DNA of 64,000 nucleotides from Octopus vulgaris (Eukaryota): NCBI GenBank assembly GCA_951406725.2, contig OX597815.1, positions 202,864,001 to 202,928,000 of the forward strand, read 5' to 3'. Shown piece by piece: positions 12,656 to 23,649 of this stretch (position 1 is its first letter; each line of letters starts with the position of its first letter). The notes under the pieces were generated by a model. It saw only the letters and a program-made list of their open reading frames with translations, ran no database searches and was not told where the DNA came from. The position numbers and the translations under genes were made by a program.

Positions 12656-13694
12656 GTGTGTCTAAATATGTACACTTATATACACATATATTCAAATACA
12701 TATGCACGTATTTTCATACATGCATATGTACAAGCTTATATATTTATGCATATATGCTTGTATGCATATATATGTTTATGTAAGTATATGTCAATGTTTA
12801 ACATAAAAGAATTTAAAATTACTTTGTTTTGTATTGTCTGCTTCCGTAGAATTGTTGTAGTAGGTTGCCGGAACGTTTTATAACTGTATCTATGGATATA
12901 TGTGCGTGATCTTGTGTGTCTGTGTGTAGGTGCGGATTTAGTTTGTTAAATAAGTTTAAGCGTGGAGGAGAGAAAAGGTCGATAGGAATGTGAATGAAGG
13001 CCTAGCACGCGGGGGATGGACTCTATAAATTGTTCATCTGGGAGCGTATCGAATCGAAAGCAAGAAATAACTAACGTTAATGAGGCATCTACGCGACATA
13101 TTTTGTAAGTGGGGAATTTAAGCGAATGGCATATCTAGATAGAAAAGCCTGCGCTTATTTATTCAATAAACATACTAGCAGGCTAATCATCAATATAAAA
13201 TGAGCTTTCTCTCACAACAATAAAGCTGAATTATATGGCACCAGGTCATACTAGAAAAATCGGTTAATTTAATAATCATATCCTTTATTAAATTATCTCA
13301 ATAATAGGAAGTGTGCAAGTGATTTAGTTTTAGTAGTAATGGTTGAGTGGGAGTTACAAGAGTAGTAGTTAGAAAAAATAGCGTTAAAGCCATATACGTT
13401 ATGTAGGGCAGGCTATGGAAGGATAATTAAAGAGAAATAGAAATAAATGTACATTTTTCATGTTAGGTAGCAAGATCATAAATTTATGACATTAAGAAGA
13501 AATACTGTAAGGCATAATATATATAGGAAATCCATTAAATAAACCGGTACATATCATGTGTGTCCATGTGTATACATACAAACCATGGTCCAAAAATTTC
13601 GCTGAAACCAGTAAATGAGGAAAAGAAAAACATTCATATACAGACAGACAAGCAAACAAACAGACAGACAGACAGACAGATAGATAGATAGATA

Positions 13695-14260
13695 AGTTTC
13701 TTTATTGGCCACATAGGGCTGCACACAGATGGGACAAGTTACAAGGTAGAGCTCTTCTTTTGGGGGAGAAAAAAAAAGGTGGCGTAGGTTTTCGATCAAA
13801 AGGGATCGTAAAAGGGAGAAAGAACAAAAAAAAAAGAAAAAAAAGGAAAAGAAAAAAAGGAAAAGAAAAAAGGGAAAAAAAGAAAAGAAAAATGAAAAAA
13901 GAAGAAAAGAGAGGAAAAAAGGGGGAGAGGAAAAAAACGATCAATAGGGATCGTGTATCATAGTGTCATGATGTATGGGGAAAAAGGGAAAGCAAGTAAG
14001 GTTTATTCGTGGGAAGAAAAGCCTACGAAAAAGACCACGGTAACCTTGGTCAATATCGTTATATGTTACCACATTTGTTTGCAAGGGGGTAACCCTCTGT
14101 TTTCAATTTCTGGGTTCATAGGATTATGCTCAAGGTGGCTTCGTCATTCATACGTGCCATCCTTGCTACATTCGCCCATCTTTTTTTAAAACGTTCGCTA
14201 GACAAAACTTGCCTCTCTACTCTCACTTTCCTTTTCAAGTGGTACTTGAAGAAGTTGATG

Positions 14261-14262
<2 letters not shown>
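13695..14262 (-). mobile_element. 3' end of an L1/Tx1-like non-LTR retrotransposon inserted in (GATA)n
   Basis: Minus strand 14262-14116 reads [48 protein letters not shown], resembling a Tx1-type ORF2 C-terminus. A pyrimidine-rich 3' UTR with AATAAA follows, and GATA repeats lie on both sides. Confidence 0.65.
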
Positions 14263-14320
<58 letters not shown>

Positions 14321-14329
14321 GGATGGATG

Positions 14330-14416
<87 letters not shown>
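14262..14416. repeat. (GATA)n microsatellite
   Basis: Direct reading. Confidence 0.97.
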
Positions 14417-14549
14417 CTATGACTTCATGCGAAATTGAAACACCAGTTTTGGTTTTATGAAGCGTCTTACTACGTGATATTCTCGAAATTTATCACATTT
14501 CAGATATCTATACAATTTCTTGTCACTTCAGTGAATCGACATGTAGGAT

Positions 14550-14605
<56 letters not shown>

Positions 14606-14830
14606 TAAATTAGAGACAAAACCACTATTAGGCAAATCAAACAATGAAAGACTTAAGCCAATACATAAGATTAATAAATTGATATTATTTAAATAGGTAA
14701 CAACATTATTAAAAAATATAATTAATATAATTTTGTCTCTAATTTAATATAATATAATATTTTACTATAAAATTGGATTCAATCCTAAATCTGATTCTTC
14801 CCTGTAAGTTTGGATTTATTCCCTAATATT

Positions 14831-14921
<91 letters not shown>

Positions 14922-14963
14922 TAGATAGATAGATAAAGAGAGAGAGAGATTTCCTTCTCCTAT

Positions 14964-14998
14964 GTTTCCGAAGAAGAGCTCCGCTCGAAACGTTAAAC
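14964..14998 (+). ncRNA. Minimal type-I hammerhead motif with U4C core variant
   Basis: Reads GTTT-CCGAAGA-A-GAGC-tcc-GCTC-GAAA-CG-TT-AAAC. Stems I and II pair and stem III is the palindrome AACGTT. Confidence 0.72.
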
Positions 14999-15090
14999 CC
15001 TCCTACTTCCCTTCTTTCCTGAGCGTCCAATAATACTTTATTTGTTCCACGTCCTTGCGTTGTTGTTTTTTTGTTTTCTTGTTTGGATTA

Positions 15091-15142
<52 letters not shown>

Positions 15143-15174
15143 TATATACATCTAATGTAGGATAAAATTGTATT

Positions 15175-15206
<32 letters not shown>

Positions 15207-15311
15207 CCGACTTTGTATGATTGTTTATAGAATGTAGCATCCAATGAAATTCTATTCTGATTTTTACGTTTTTATTACAATATTTTTTTTTTTTTTTCAA
15301 ATCTTTCTTTA

Positions 15312-15452
15312 CGCGGTGAGCTGGCACAATCGTTAGCACGTTGGCTGAAAACGTTAGCGATATATCGCCCCTAGCTACGTTCTGAGTTCAAATTTCGCCG
15401 AGGTCGAATTTACCTCTCATCCTTTCAGGGTCGATGAAATAAGTACTAGTCT
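15312..15452 (+). mobile_element. SINE family B (tRNA-like head plus conserved core), 3'-truncated
   Basis: Reads GCGGTGAGCTGGCA...GTTCTGAGTTCAAAT (B box)...CATCCTTTCAGGGTCGATGAAATAAGTAC. Confidence 0.8.
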
Positions 15453-15622
15453 CATCCCCTGGAAAGTGATTAAATTTGCCCTTTAAATACTTCCCGATGG
15501 GCTAAAGCAGGTTGAATCATACAAATAGTATTTTGGCCAATCAATATGTGGCTTAGATGTCACGGTTTAGTGAGCGTGGCAACTAACCTCAAACTGTATA
15601 TATCTATCAATCTATCTATCTG

Positions 15623-15685
<63 letters not shown>

Positions 15686-15688
15686 CTC

Positions 15689-15734
<46 letters not shown>

Positions 15735-15737
<3 letters not shown>

Positions 15738-15900
15738 TGAAGTGGCTGTGTGTAAGTAGCTTGCTTGCTCACCAGCCACATCGCTCCGGCTTCAGTCCCA
15801 CTGCGTGGCGCCTTGGGCAAGTGTCTTCTACTGTAGACTCGGACCGACCAAAGCCTTGTGAGTGAATTTGGTAGACGGAAACTGAAAGAAGCCCGTCGTG
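15735..15900 (+). mobile_element. SINE family C (tRNA-like head, CORE-like CCTTGGGCAAGTG)
   Basis: Homologous to 62332-62748 and to 43365-43773 (-). Confidence 0.82.
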
Positions 15901-16237
15901 TAAAGCTATAATAGAAGACACTGCCATGCAGTGGACGGGAAATGGAAGCATGTGGTTGGTAACCAATCTACTTACCACACAGCCACATACACACAAACAC
16001 AAACGGGCACACAAACACACGCAAGCGTATAAGGTGATCGGTCAATAAAATGCGTGGTGTGCATGTATCAACTAAATGTCATGTTGTGTGAAATGAAATC
16101 TATCTCTTTCGTTGCAACATAGGAACATAGGTGGGTGTTATCATATTTATCACAACAGTTCATCATTTTATTGCGTTCCTTCGTTAACTACCACAAACTG
16201 TGAAAAAGATACATTTCGCACCAATGTATTTATATGC

Positions 16238-16319
<82 letters not shown>

Positions 16320-17745
16320 CCTTTAATGAACGTTTTTGTAGATATGGACACAACAGATACGGTTGCGGCCTATTATGCTCTGTTGACCTGAAATCCATGT
16401 GCTGCAATGAACAGAGATAACTTAGTTTTCCTACAGTGCCTCTTCATATAATTTCTCTCACCTTATAACCGCAAAAGCAATAACTCAAGTAAAAAATAAC
16501 AATATAATTGCGGCTGATGGGAAAATATTTCCTGTTTTAATATAGCATTCAGCTAGAGCATGAATACTGATGTAGCACCAGGTTTATTTGTAATCAATAA
16601 ATTATTCTCAAATTACAGTAGATATAATTTATGTTCCGACAGCAAAAGTAAAAAATCCACTTAGTATACAACCAACCCTATGGAAAGAAAGAAATGTTCA
16701 ATTTCGTAACATAGAAAAATTATAACTTAAAGATATTTCAAATTAAAGTGATGACAACTTTATCTGGAGATCATAAAAGTATTTATATCTCAATTACAAA
16801 ATACTTACACTTAATCTACTTAATATTTTTTGTTGAATCTGAGTGTTACGATTTTCGAGTATCGTGTAATTTCTTAAGTTTTGATGGAAACAATGTATAC
16901 GTGGATTAATATTTAGAAAAATTTATGTTATAATTTTTGCAGTACTTCGTCTGGAAATATGCCTGTCGAAAATATTCGGTAAAATTCAACAAAAGTTGAG
17001 GCTTTAATTGGCTTTGTAAACTTTTCCTATTAGAGAACTAGTCTACTATAAATGCTCTCCATTTACCTCGCTTAAAGTACACTGGCATTTAGAGATATTA
17101 CTCCACCTGCTCTCCCACGAATGAAGTGACACCAAATATTTCAGAATGGATTTCACTAGTAATTTCTCTAAATCTATGCAAACGCTTCTAAATTTATTGC
17201 ACGGAGCTTCCCAATTTCGTTAAACTCGACGTCATAACGTTTATCTCTTAGAGTGTCTTAAAGATGAAGGATTACTAATGTTCTACAACTTTTACAACAC
17301 ATTATTTTTCGTCTGGAATAAGTGACGTAGTTTTACCTTTTAATTCTACTTAACGAAAAAACACAAATACTTGGCTAATCTAGCTGCAACCTTTCACAAA
17401 ATAAGATGAGTTTCAAACCTCAACCTATATTTTCCTATTATTCGCGAGACTTTTAAGTGTTCTCTAAAAGCAATTTCATGCTGTGGTTTTACACTTTAAT
17501 ATTAGGAGCTGATTCAGTGTCTCTTTTTTAAGACAGAGGATTGACTTTGGGAAGATATATCTTAGATCTTCCTTCAGTCGCTCAGAAATTGTCGATACTG
17601 AGAGAAAGTTATCCTACTTCGTCACCATTTCTCGAAATGTTGTTTTCTAATATAGACACAACGCTTTAAAATACATGGTATTTGTAGATCATTAAATCAT
17701 TTCCAATATCAAAATATATAATTGAATTAATATTATTGACTATGT

Positions 17746-17952
17746 GAGGTAGCGAGCTGGCAGAGTCGTTAGCGAGTTGGGCAAGTTGGCGAACGTCAGT
17801 TCGTCCATCTTTGCGTTCCAGGTTCAAATGCCACTTGGGTCGACTTTGCCTTTCATCGTCTCGGGGTCGATAAAATAAGTTCCAGTTAAGCAATGGATTT
17901 GATTTAAGCGACTTTTCGCCGAAATTGCTGGCCTTGTGCCAAAATTTGAACT
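17746..17952 (+). mobile_element. SINE family B
   Basis: Same head and core as other B copies; TGACTATGT is repeated on both sides (possible TSD). Confidence 0.8.
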
Positions 17953-18464
17953 CATTATGACTGACTATGTAAAAATATATATCCTGACTTCGGCGGAATA
18001 TTGAACTAGAAAGTAGTTTCGGCAATTCTCTAGCTTTACCCTTAACTTCATATTTCAACTGAATCTCTGGTATCAGAAGTAAATGGCAAATTGTGCCTTT
18101 TGGTGAAGAATTATTTGTGAAATTGTATTGACATTAACAATAAAACTTAAATGAAACCTATTTTAAACTATAATAATTTTTAATAAAGACAACATATCAT
18201 CTTTGTAAAGGAACAGTAATTCTATACGCTTATATTCCGTTACTATTAGGTGAATGAAAGACAAAGTCAGTCACCGTTCGATCAGGATTTGCGCTCAAAA
18301 TAAAAAAAAGGTTTCAGACTCAATTCTTGCGTCATGAATCAGGTCTGAATATAAATGTATATATGTGTAATATGTATTGGCAACGTAAATATATGAATAA
18401 TTTTAATTCATTTAGATGTTTTGCTGATTTTCTTTTTCAGGCGGAAAAAGGCACGAGTACAGAG

Positions 18465-18707
18465 ATGATGAAGACTTTAATAATACCGATACTGCTCAGT
18501 CTGTTATTTATCACAGACTGTAATGCTTACTATAGCAGCTACAGTAATTCGCCATATCCAGTCAACCGACATAACAAGCAAAATTACAATTGTAATAACT
18601 GCTTCAAGATACGAAACCTTTGCCGTGAAAACTACATGCCTTTCTGGTTTTGCCATGAAACACACTCCAGCTGCTACTATCGCTTCTGCTATCATTACAA
18701 AACGTGA
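18465..18707 (+). CDS. Small secreted cysteine-rich peptide precursor (80 aa: 21-aa signal peptide plus 59-aa six-Cys mature region)
   Basis: A strong acceptor TTTTCTTTTTCAG|G at 18440 precedes the ATG. The signal peptide MMKTLIIPILLSLLFITDCNA has a basic n-region, a hydrophobic h-region and a C-N-A cleavage motif. The mature part has C-X2-C-X6-C-X9-C-X6-C-X4-C. The sequence is non-repetitive. A GTGAGT donor-like site overlaps the stop, so the true C-terminus may be spliced. Confidence 0.78.
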   Translation: MMKTLIIPILLSLLFITDCNAYYSSYSNSPYPVNRHNKQNYNCNNCFKIRNLCRENYMPFWFCHETHSSCYYRFCYHYKT

Positions 18708-19052
18708 GTAAAGTAATAATTCATCTTTTAGACACACCAGAAAGCAATGTAAAATATACCTGAATAACAGAATCACTGCGTGGACTTGAAGTAGATTTCT
18801 ATCACTTGCCCTAGTATTGAAGTTAATGACAAAATGACCAGTTGTGAGGTACGCGTCAGTATGTGTCTTTGTGCACACGTGTATGTATGTATGTATTGGT
18901 CTGTGTTGAAGTGTGCGTGTTGAAGCGTGTTTGTTTGGGGAATGTATATCAAGCCACTACGATCTTCAGGCGAGAATACACACATACGTATGTGTGTTTT
19001 CATCTAAATGTCTCCAGCTGAAACTCTGTCCGTGAGACAAAAATTCCTTTTC

Positions 19053-19058
19053 AATAAA
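19053..19058 (+). promoter_or_regulatory. Candidate polyadenylation signal for the peptide gene
   Basis: AATAAA lies about 350 nt after the stop and is followed about 20 nt later by a GT-rich stretch (TGTGTATGTCTATGTATGT). Confidence 0.45.
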
Positions 19059-19391
19059 GTGTACGAGTATTCTTACCTGTGTATGTCTATGTATGTAACC
19101 CCGAAAACGACAGAATAGTCATGCCAGTAAAACCTTTCAATATAGGTCTGGTGGACAGCTGAAAAGATGTTCTAAACTCCAGCATGTTTTTACCAAAATA
19201 ATTTCTACAGTTATATTAATTCAACACAAAGAAAAGATAGATTTGTATAGTATCACTAGACTGAATTATATGTAGACCCTCTATATTTAAGTTCATATGT
19301 AAATGTTATGGTTTGTAAACAGACTTCTACGATAAATGGGTTCGATTGCTTCACCTATTTTATTATCTCTTCGCTATATATCGATGAGTGA

Positions 19392-19530
19392 AGGCGCGTG
19401 GCTTATTGGTGAGCGGGTATTCGACACATGATAACAAGGTAGTGAGTTCGAATACTGGCACCACGTTGTATCCTTGGGGAAGACACTCTATTTCATGTTG
19501 CAACAGTCTTTTCAGCAGGAAAAAACGAGT
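19392..19530 (+). mobile_element. Degenerate tRNA-derived SINE
   Basis: A-box-like GGCGCGTGGCTTATTGGT, B-box-like GAGTTCGAATAC and CORE-like CCTTGGGGAAGACAC. Confidence 0.6.
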
Positions 19531-19554
19531 TGTGTCTGTAATTCAAATTACCAG

Positions 19555-19608
<54 letters not shown>

Positions 19609-19616
19609 GTAATATG

Positions 19617-20200
19617 GTGGCTTATTAGCAATTACAACCTAAAGGCAATATCAATAGCGGTCACAAAAGTGACGGAGGGTGTTGGCTAGCATCGCTTATG
19701 CTAAAATGAGTTAAATTTACTCCAAAGCCACTAAAGCACTATAGTTAATGATTGCCAAAGTGAGGTAAGTCCCTGGCGTATATAGCCGTATCACGATTTC
19801 GAATGTTGGTGTAGACCACCTTAATTGTCATCAGCGGCTTTTAACGACCATGGTTAAGTTCATTTACCTTTGTCAATCTTATAAGTAAAACCGTTGAAAA
19901 CATGTGCTGATTTTCGAAACAGTAAAAGTGTTAACAACAAATTAAAAGAGTGGCTTATTAGCAAGTAGGACCTAAAGGCAAAGTTAATAGTGGTCACCAA
20001 AGTGACGGAGGGTATTGACTAGCATAGCTTATGTAAAACTAACAGTCAAATTAACTCTAGAGCCACTGAAGCAACAGTGTATTTAGCCGTATCGCGATTT
20101 TCCCCACCCTTTGTCAGACATTAAGTGTAGTGGTTTAGTGACTTTGGAGTTAATTTTACAGTACTCTCCGTGACTTTGTGACCTATTAATTTTGCATTTA
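19617..20200. mobile_element. PLE pLTR/retrozyme-like array: two direct copies (from 19617 and 19950) plus an inverted partial copy (20127-20200)
   Basis: GTGGCTTATTAGCAA...CCTAAAGGCAA...GTGACGGAGGGT...AGCCACT occurs twice; the reverse-complement fragment CTCCGTGACTTTGTGACC follows. Confidence 0.75.
19784..19839 (-). ncRNA. Minimal type-I hammerhead ribozyme with canonical core
   Basis: Minus strand reads AGCCG-CTGATGA-[caattaaGGTGgtctaCACCaacattc]-GAAA-TCGTGA-TA-CGGCT. Stem I is a perfect 5 bp and the cleavage triplet is AUA. The base of stem II is imperfect. Confidence 0.78.
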
Positions 20201-20201
20201 T

Positions 20202-20275
<74 letters not shown>

Positions 20276-20513
20276 GTTTGCTGAGTTAGAGGTTAAAATA
20301 AGTGACTAAGGGATAAAAGTTTCCATTATGCAGCCGGTATATTACCTATATTTAAACATGGGCAAACAAGTTATGCTCATAAATTATAGGTAATGACAGA
20401 TGAAAAAAAAACGGGAGTCAACATTTTAAGAAAACCGAAAATAGAGATAATATTGATGATCAACAATTGTTTTGTATCTATAATTATTTATCAATTGTTT
20501 ACAACAAGTCTGC

Positions 20514-20634
20514 ATCCCATCTAACAGCTGTTTCTGCTGCCAATGTTCTTTGGCATCACACTTATTAGGCTAAAATTATATATCATAGTTGGTAATAAAA
20601 CCGATTTGAATAATGGAGCTTCATCAGAATGGAA
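20514..20634 (-). ncRNA. Hammerhead motif with a long loop II
   Basis: Minus strand reads TTCCATT-CTGATGA-A-GCTCCA...(about 70 nt)...TGGCAGC-A-GAAA-CAGCTG-TT(A)-GATGGGA. Confidence 0.65.
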
Positions 20635-21256
20635 ATTACATAAATAAATAAAAAGAAAAAAAGAAAAAAAAGGAAAGGTTGAATATGGCGAGAATCAAGT
20701 CATGTTGCGTGTGTATCTCCCTAGGACGTTAAATAAATGACTAAACATATAAAGGGGTTTTGGGTTGGACAGTCTTCTACACGGTGGGCATGGGTTGAAT
20801 TTAAAAAATAATAATAGCTGTTTACGCAAAAAGGATAGGTCAAGGAAGGAGCAAAGATACAATAAAGTGTTATGATAATGATAATAATAATTATTAATAA
20901 TTGTTTGTAGTACTAAGTAATAGAATTTATCATATTAAAATGCATATCAATTAATGTCATTTTTGCTTACTAGTAGGCTTTTCAATCAATCCACCTAGTG
21001 TTCAAAGTGAGATAGCCTAAAGTGAGATACAACTGGTCAGTTAGAATTTAAAAAACAAATGACCGGCTATTAAAACAGTTAATACGGGGTAAAATAAGTA
21101 AATAAATAAATGAATGATATATGCGGTAAAGGGCCGGAAGTCGCCTAGGACAATACAAAATAATTTAAAATAAAATACAATAAAATGTATTATTTCATTT
21201 CATTTTACTGTATCTTTTGTATATTTTAGATTTTCCTAATCGACTTCGGGCCCCTT

Positions 21257-21296
<40 letters not shown>

Positions 21297-21300
<4 letters not shown>

Positions 21301-21415
21301 CCTGCTCGCTTAGCCAGCGGGGTACCGTCATTTGAAGGCTAAAACAATTGGAAGCGCATTGTGACCAGCGATGTGTAGCAACATCTGATAGCCTGGTTGG
21401 TCACGGTGGTGGTGA
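21297..21415 (+). mobile_element. 3' half of SINE family A
   Basis: GCCTGCTCGCTTAGCCAGCGGGGT...CATCTGATAGCCTGG matches 11834-11940. Confidence 0.8.
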
Positions 21416-21416
21416 T

Positions 21417-21465
<49 letters not shown>

Positions 21466-21699
21466 TATATATAGTGTGAGTGGAGTATACATTTGTGTCA
21501 ATGTTTGTCTGAATCAGGAATACATCTACTTGGAACTGACAGTAAAGAAATGCTGAGAAAGGAACGCAGAAATCTTGTACATTTTATGAGCTGTGATGAA
21601 AGCATTTGCCTTGACCAGAAATGCCCTGAAAACACAAACGAACAGCATCCTGCACGCATGTCTCTTCTATATAACCATCATGTCTGCACACTTAAATAC

Positions 21700-22310
21700 A
21701 AGCAAGTCGTAGGTTTCTGCAACAACAAAAAAAAGGACAATGAGAGGCCATGGTCGAAAAAGAAAATGGAGTGACCCATGCTAGGAATAAGTTTGTGGGA
21801 CGATATTCGAAACGAGATAATTCTATAACGGAATGTACTGTGAATGTTATTGCCACGTAATACCTATTTCTTTATTACCCACAAGGGGCTAAACACAGAG
21901 GGGACAAACAAGGACAGACATAGGTATTAAGTCGATTACATCGACCCCAGTGCGTAACTGGTACTTAATTTATCGACCCCGAAAGGATGAAAGGTAAAGT
22001 CGACCTCGGCTGAATTTGAACTCACAACGTAACGCGACGAAATACCGCTAAGCATTTCGACCGGCGCGCTACCGTTTCTGCCAGCTCACCACGTAATACC
22101 GAAAGCACAAGTTCCACAGGACCATATATGGTCAAAAGGTAGGCACCTGCAGGAACAGACTATTCAGAAGGCCTCCAAGACGAATCGAAACATGACACAA
22201 ACTTTTCAGGCTGAAATGGAATAGATTAGAGCCAACGAACAAAGAGTGGAGGCGTATCGTGACTAGTGATATGCTGTATAAAGGCATCTGATAGTCTGTT
22301 TGATAGTGTA
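21700..22310 (+). mobile_element. Degraded RTE-clade LINE 3' fragment, interrupted by a SINE
   Basis: Reads KME*PMLGISLWDDIRNEII, matching the RTE C-terminal MER.MLG.SL.DRIRN motif. Confidence 0.6.
21865..22088 (-). mobile_element. SINE family B with Tx1-like tail and 12-bp TSD
   Basis: TSD CCACGTAATACC at 21853-21864 and 22089-22100. Confidence 0.9.
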
Positions 22311-23048
22311 ATAGAGTAACATCATTCCTCCATTCTTTTACCAGCTGCTACAATATTATAGAGAAATTCAGATAGCTATCGTGCATTGTTTTCAAACCTA
22401 CTTATTTAAGTATTGTATTTTTCATGGCAAAATAGACTGCGTATTTATGTATTCATTCCTCGGTTTTATATAATTCTCGGAATTGTCAAATTAAGATCGT
22501 AATTAATCCTTACTCATGATCACTTTCAGAATATAAAATGTATTTTGATCGATCAAATTGCGTCATTCATATTAGCATTAGAAACAATGATTACACATTT
22601 GAATTAATGGAAAGTTTTACAAATGAAAAACAATTTTGCTTTCCATCAATCACCATGAAGAGCAAAAACGTCTACTTAATTTGTATTTAAGATGACGTGC
22701 TATTATTTCGAGAAAAAAAATAATAACATATGATTATGCGAATAGACATTTGTCCTATACTGACATGTGTAATCAATCATAATTTACTGCCATAGCCTAA
22801 AAGGCCAAGAGGACATAGTGCTATCCTGTAAAGAGGAAGATACGTAGTTCGCATTCTCGTATGATCATCTAAAAATCGCTTTAATATTCAATGATTCCTT
22901 TGAGTAATCTTTTAATAGCTATAATATCGAAATCTATACCAATGCAATATTCAGTTATCTCACTCCTAAACGATGGTAACTTATCTTAAATCGTTTTTGT
23001 ATTTACTTGCTGAATTTACTTGAAGTAATCATGCATCATGGTCTATTA

Positions 23049-23649
23049 TTTATTCCTTTATTGCCTAGAGGAGGCTAAACATAGAGGGGACAATCAAGGA
23101 CAGACAAACGGATTAAGTCGATTACTTCAACCCCAGTGCGTAACTGGTATTTATTTAATCGACCACGAAAGGATGAAAGGCAAAGTCGACCTCGGCGGAA
23201 TTTGAACTCAGAACGTAGCGGCAGACGAAATACCTATTTCTTTACTACCCACAAAGGGCTAAACAGAGAGGACAAACAAGGACAGACAAACGGATTAAGT
23301 CGATTATATCGATCCCAGTGCGCAACGGGTACTTATTTAATCGACCCCGAAAGCAAGAAAGGCAAAGTCGACCTCGGCGGAATTTGAACTCAGAACGTAG
23401 CGGCAGACGAAATACCTATTTCTTTACTACACACAATGGGATAAACACAGAGAGGACAAACAAGTACAGACAAACGGATTAAGTCTATTATATCGATTCC
23501 AGTGCGTAACTGGTACTTATTTAATCGACCCCGAAAGCATGAAAGGCAATTTCGACCTCACTGGAATTTGAACTGAGAACGAAAAGGCAGACGAAATACC
23601 GCTAAGCATTTCGCACGGCGTGCTACCGATTCTGCCAGCTCGCCGCCTT
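23049..23649 (-). mobile_element. Head-to-tail trimeric SINE family B insertion
   Basis: Three units of about 180 bp share one head. The flanks carry TCAT(G/A)GTCTATTA at 23036-48 and 23650-62. Confidence 0.88.

Noticed and set aside
13760-13963. Lys/Arg-rich protamine-like ORF
   Set aside because: It is the antisense reading of the pyrimidine-rich 3' UTR of the Tx1-like element.
17047-17053. TATAAAT as promoter of the peptide gene
   Set aside because: The motif is common in AT-rich DNA, and no clear first exon or donor follows.
23049-23649. Regularly spaced repeats suggestive of a CRISPR array
   Set aside because: The units are about 180-bp SINE bodies without unique spacers, in eukaryotic DNA with no cas genes.
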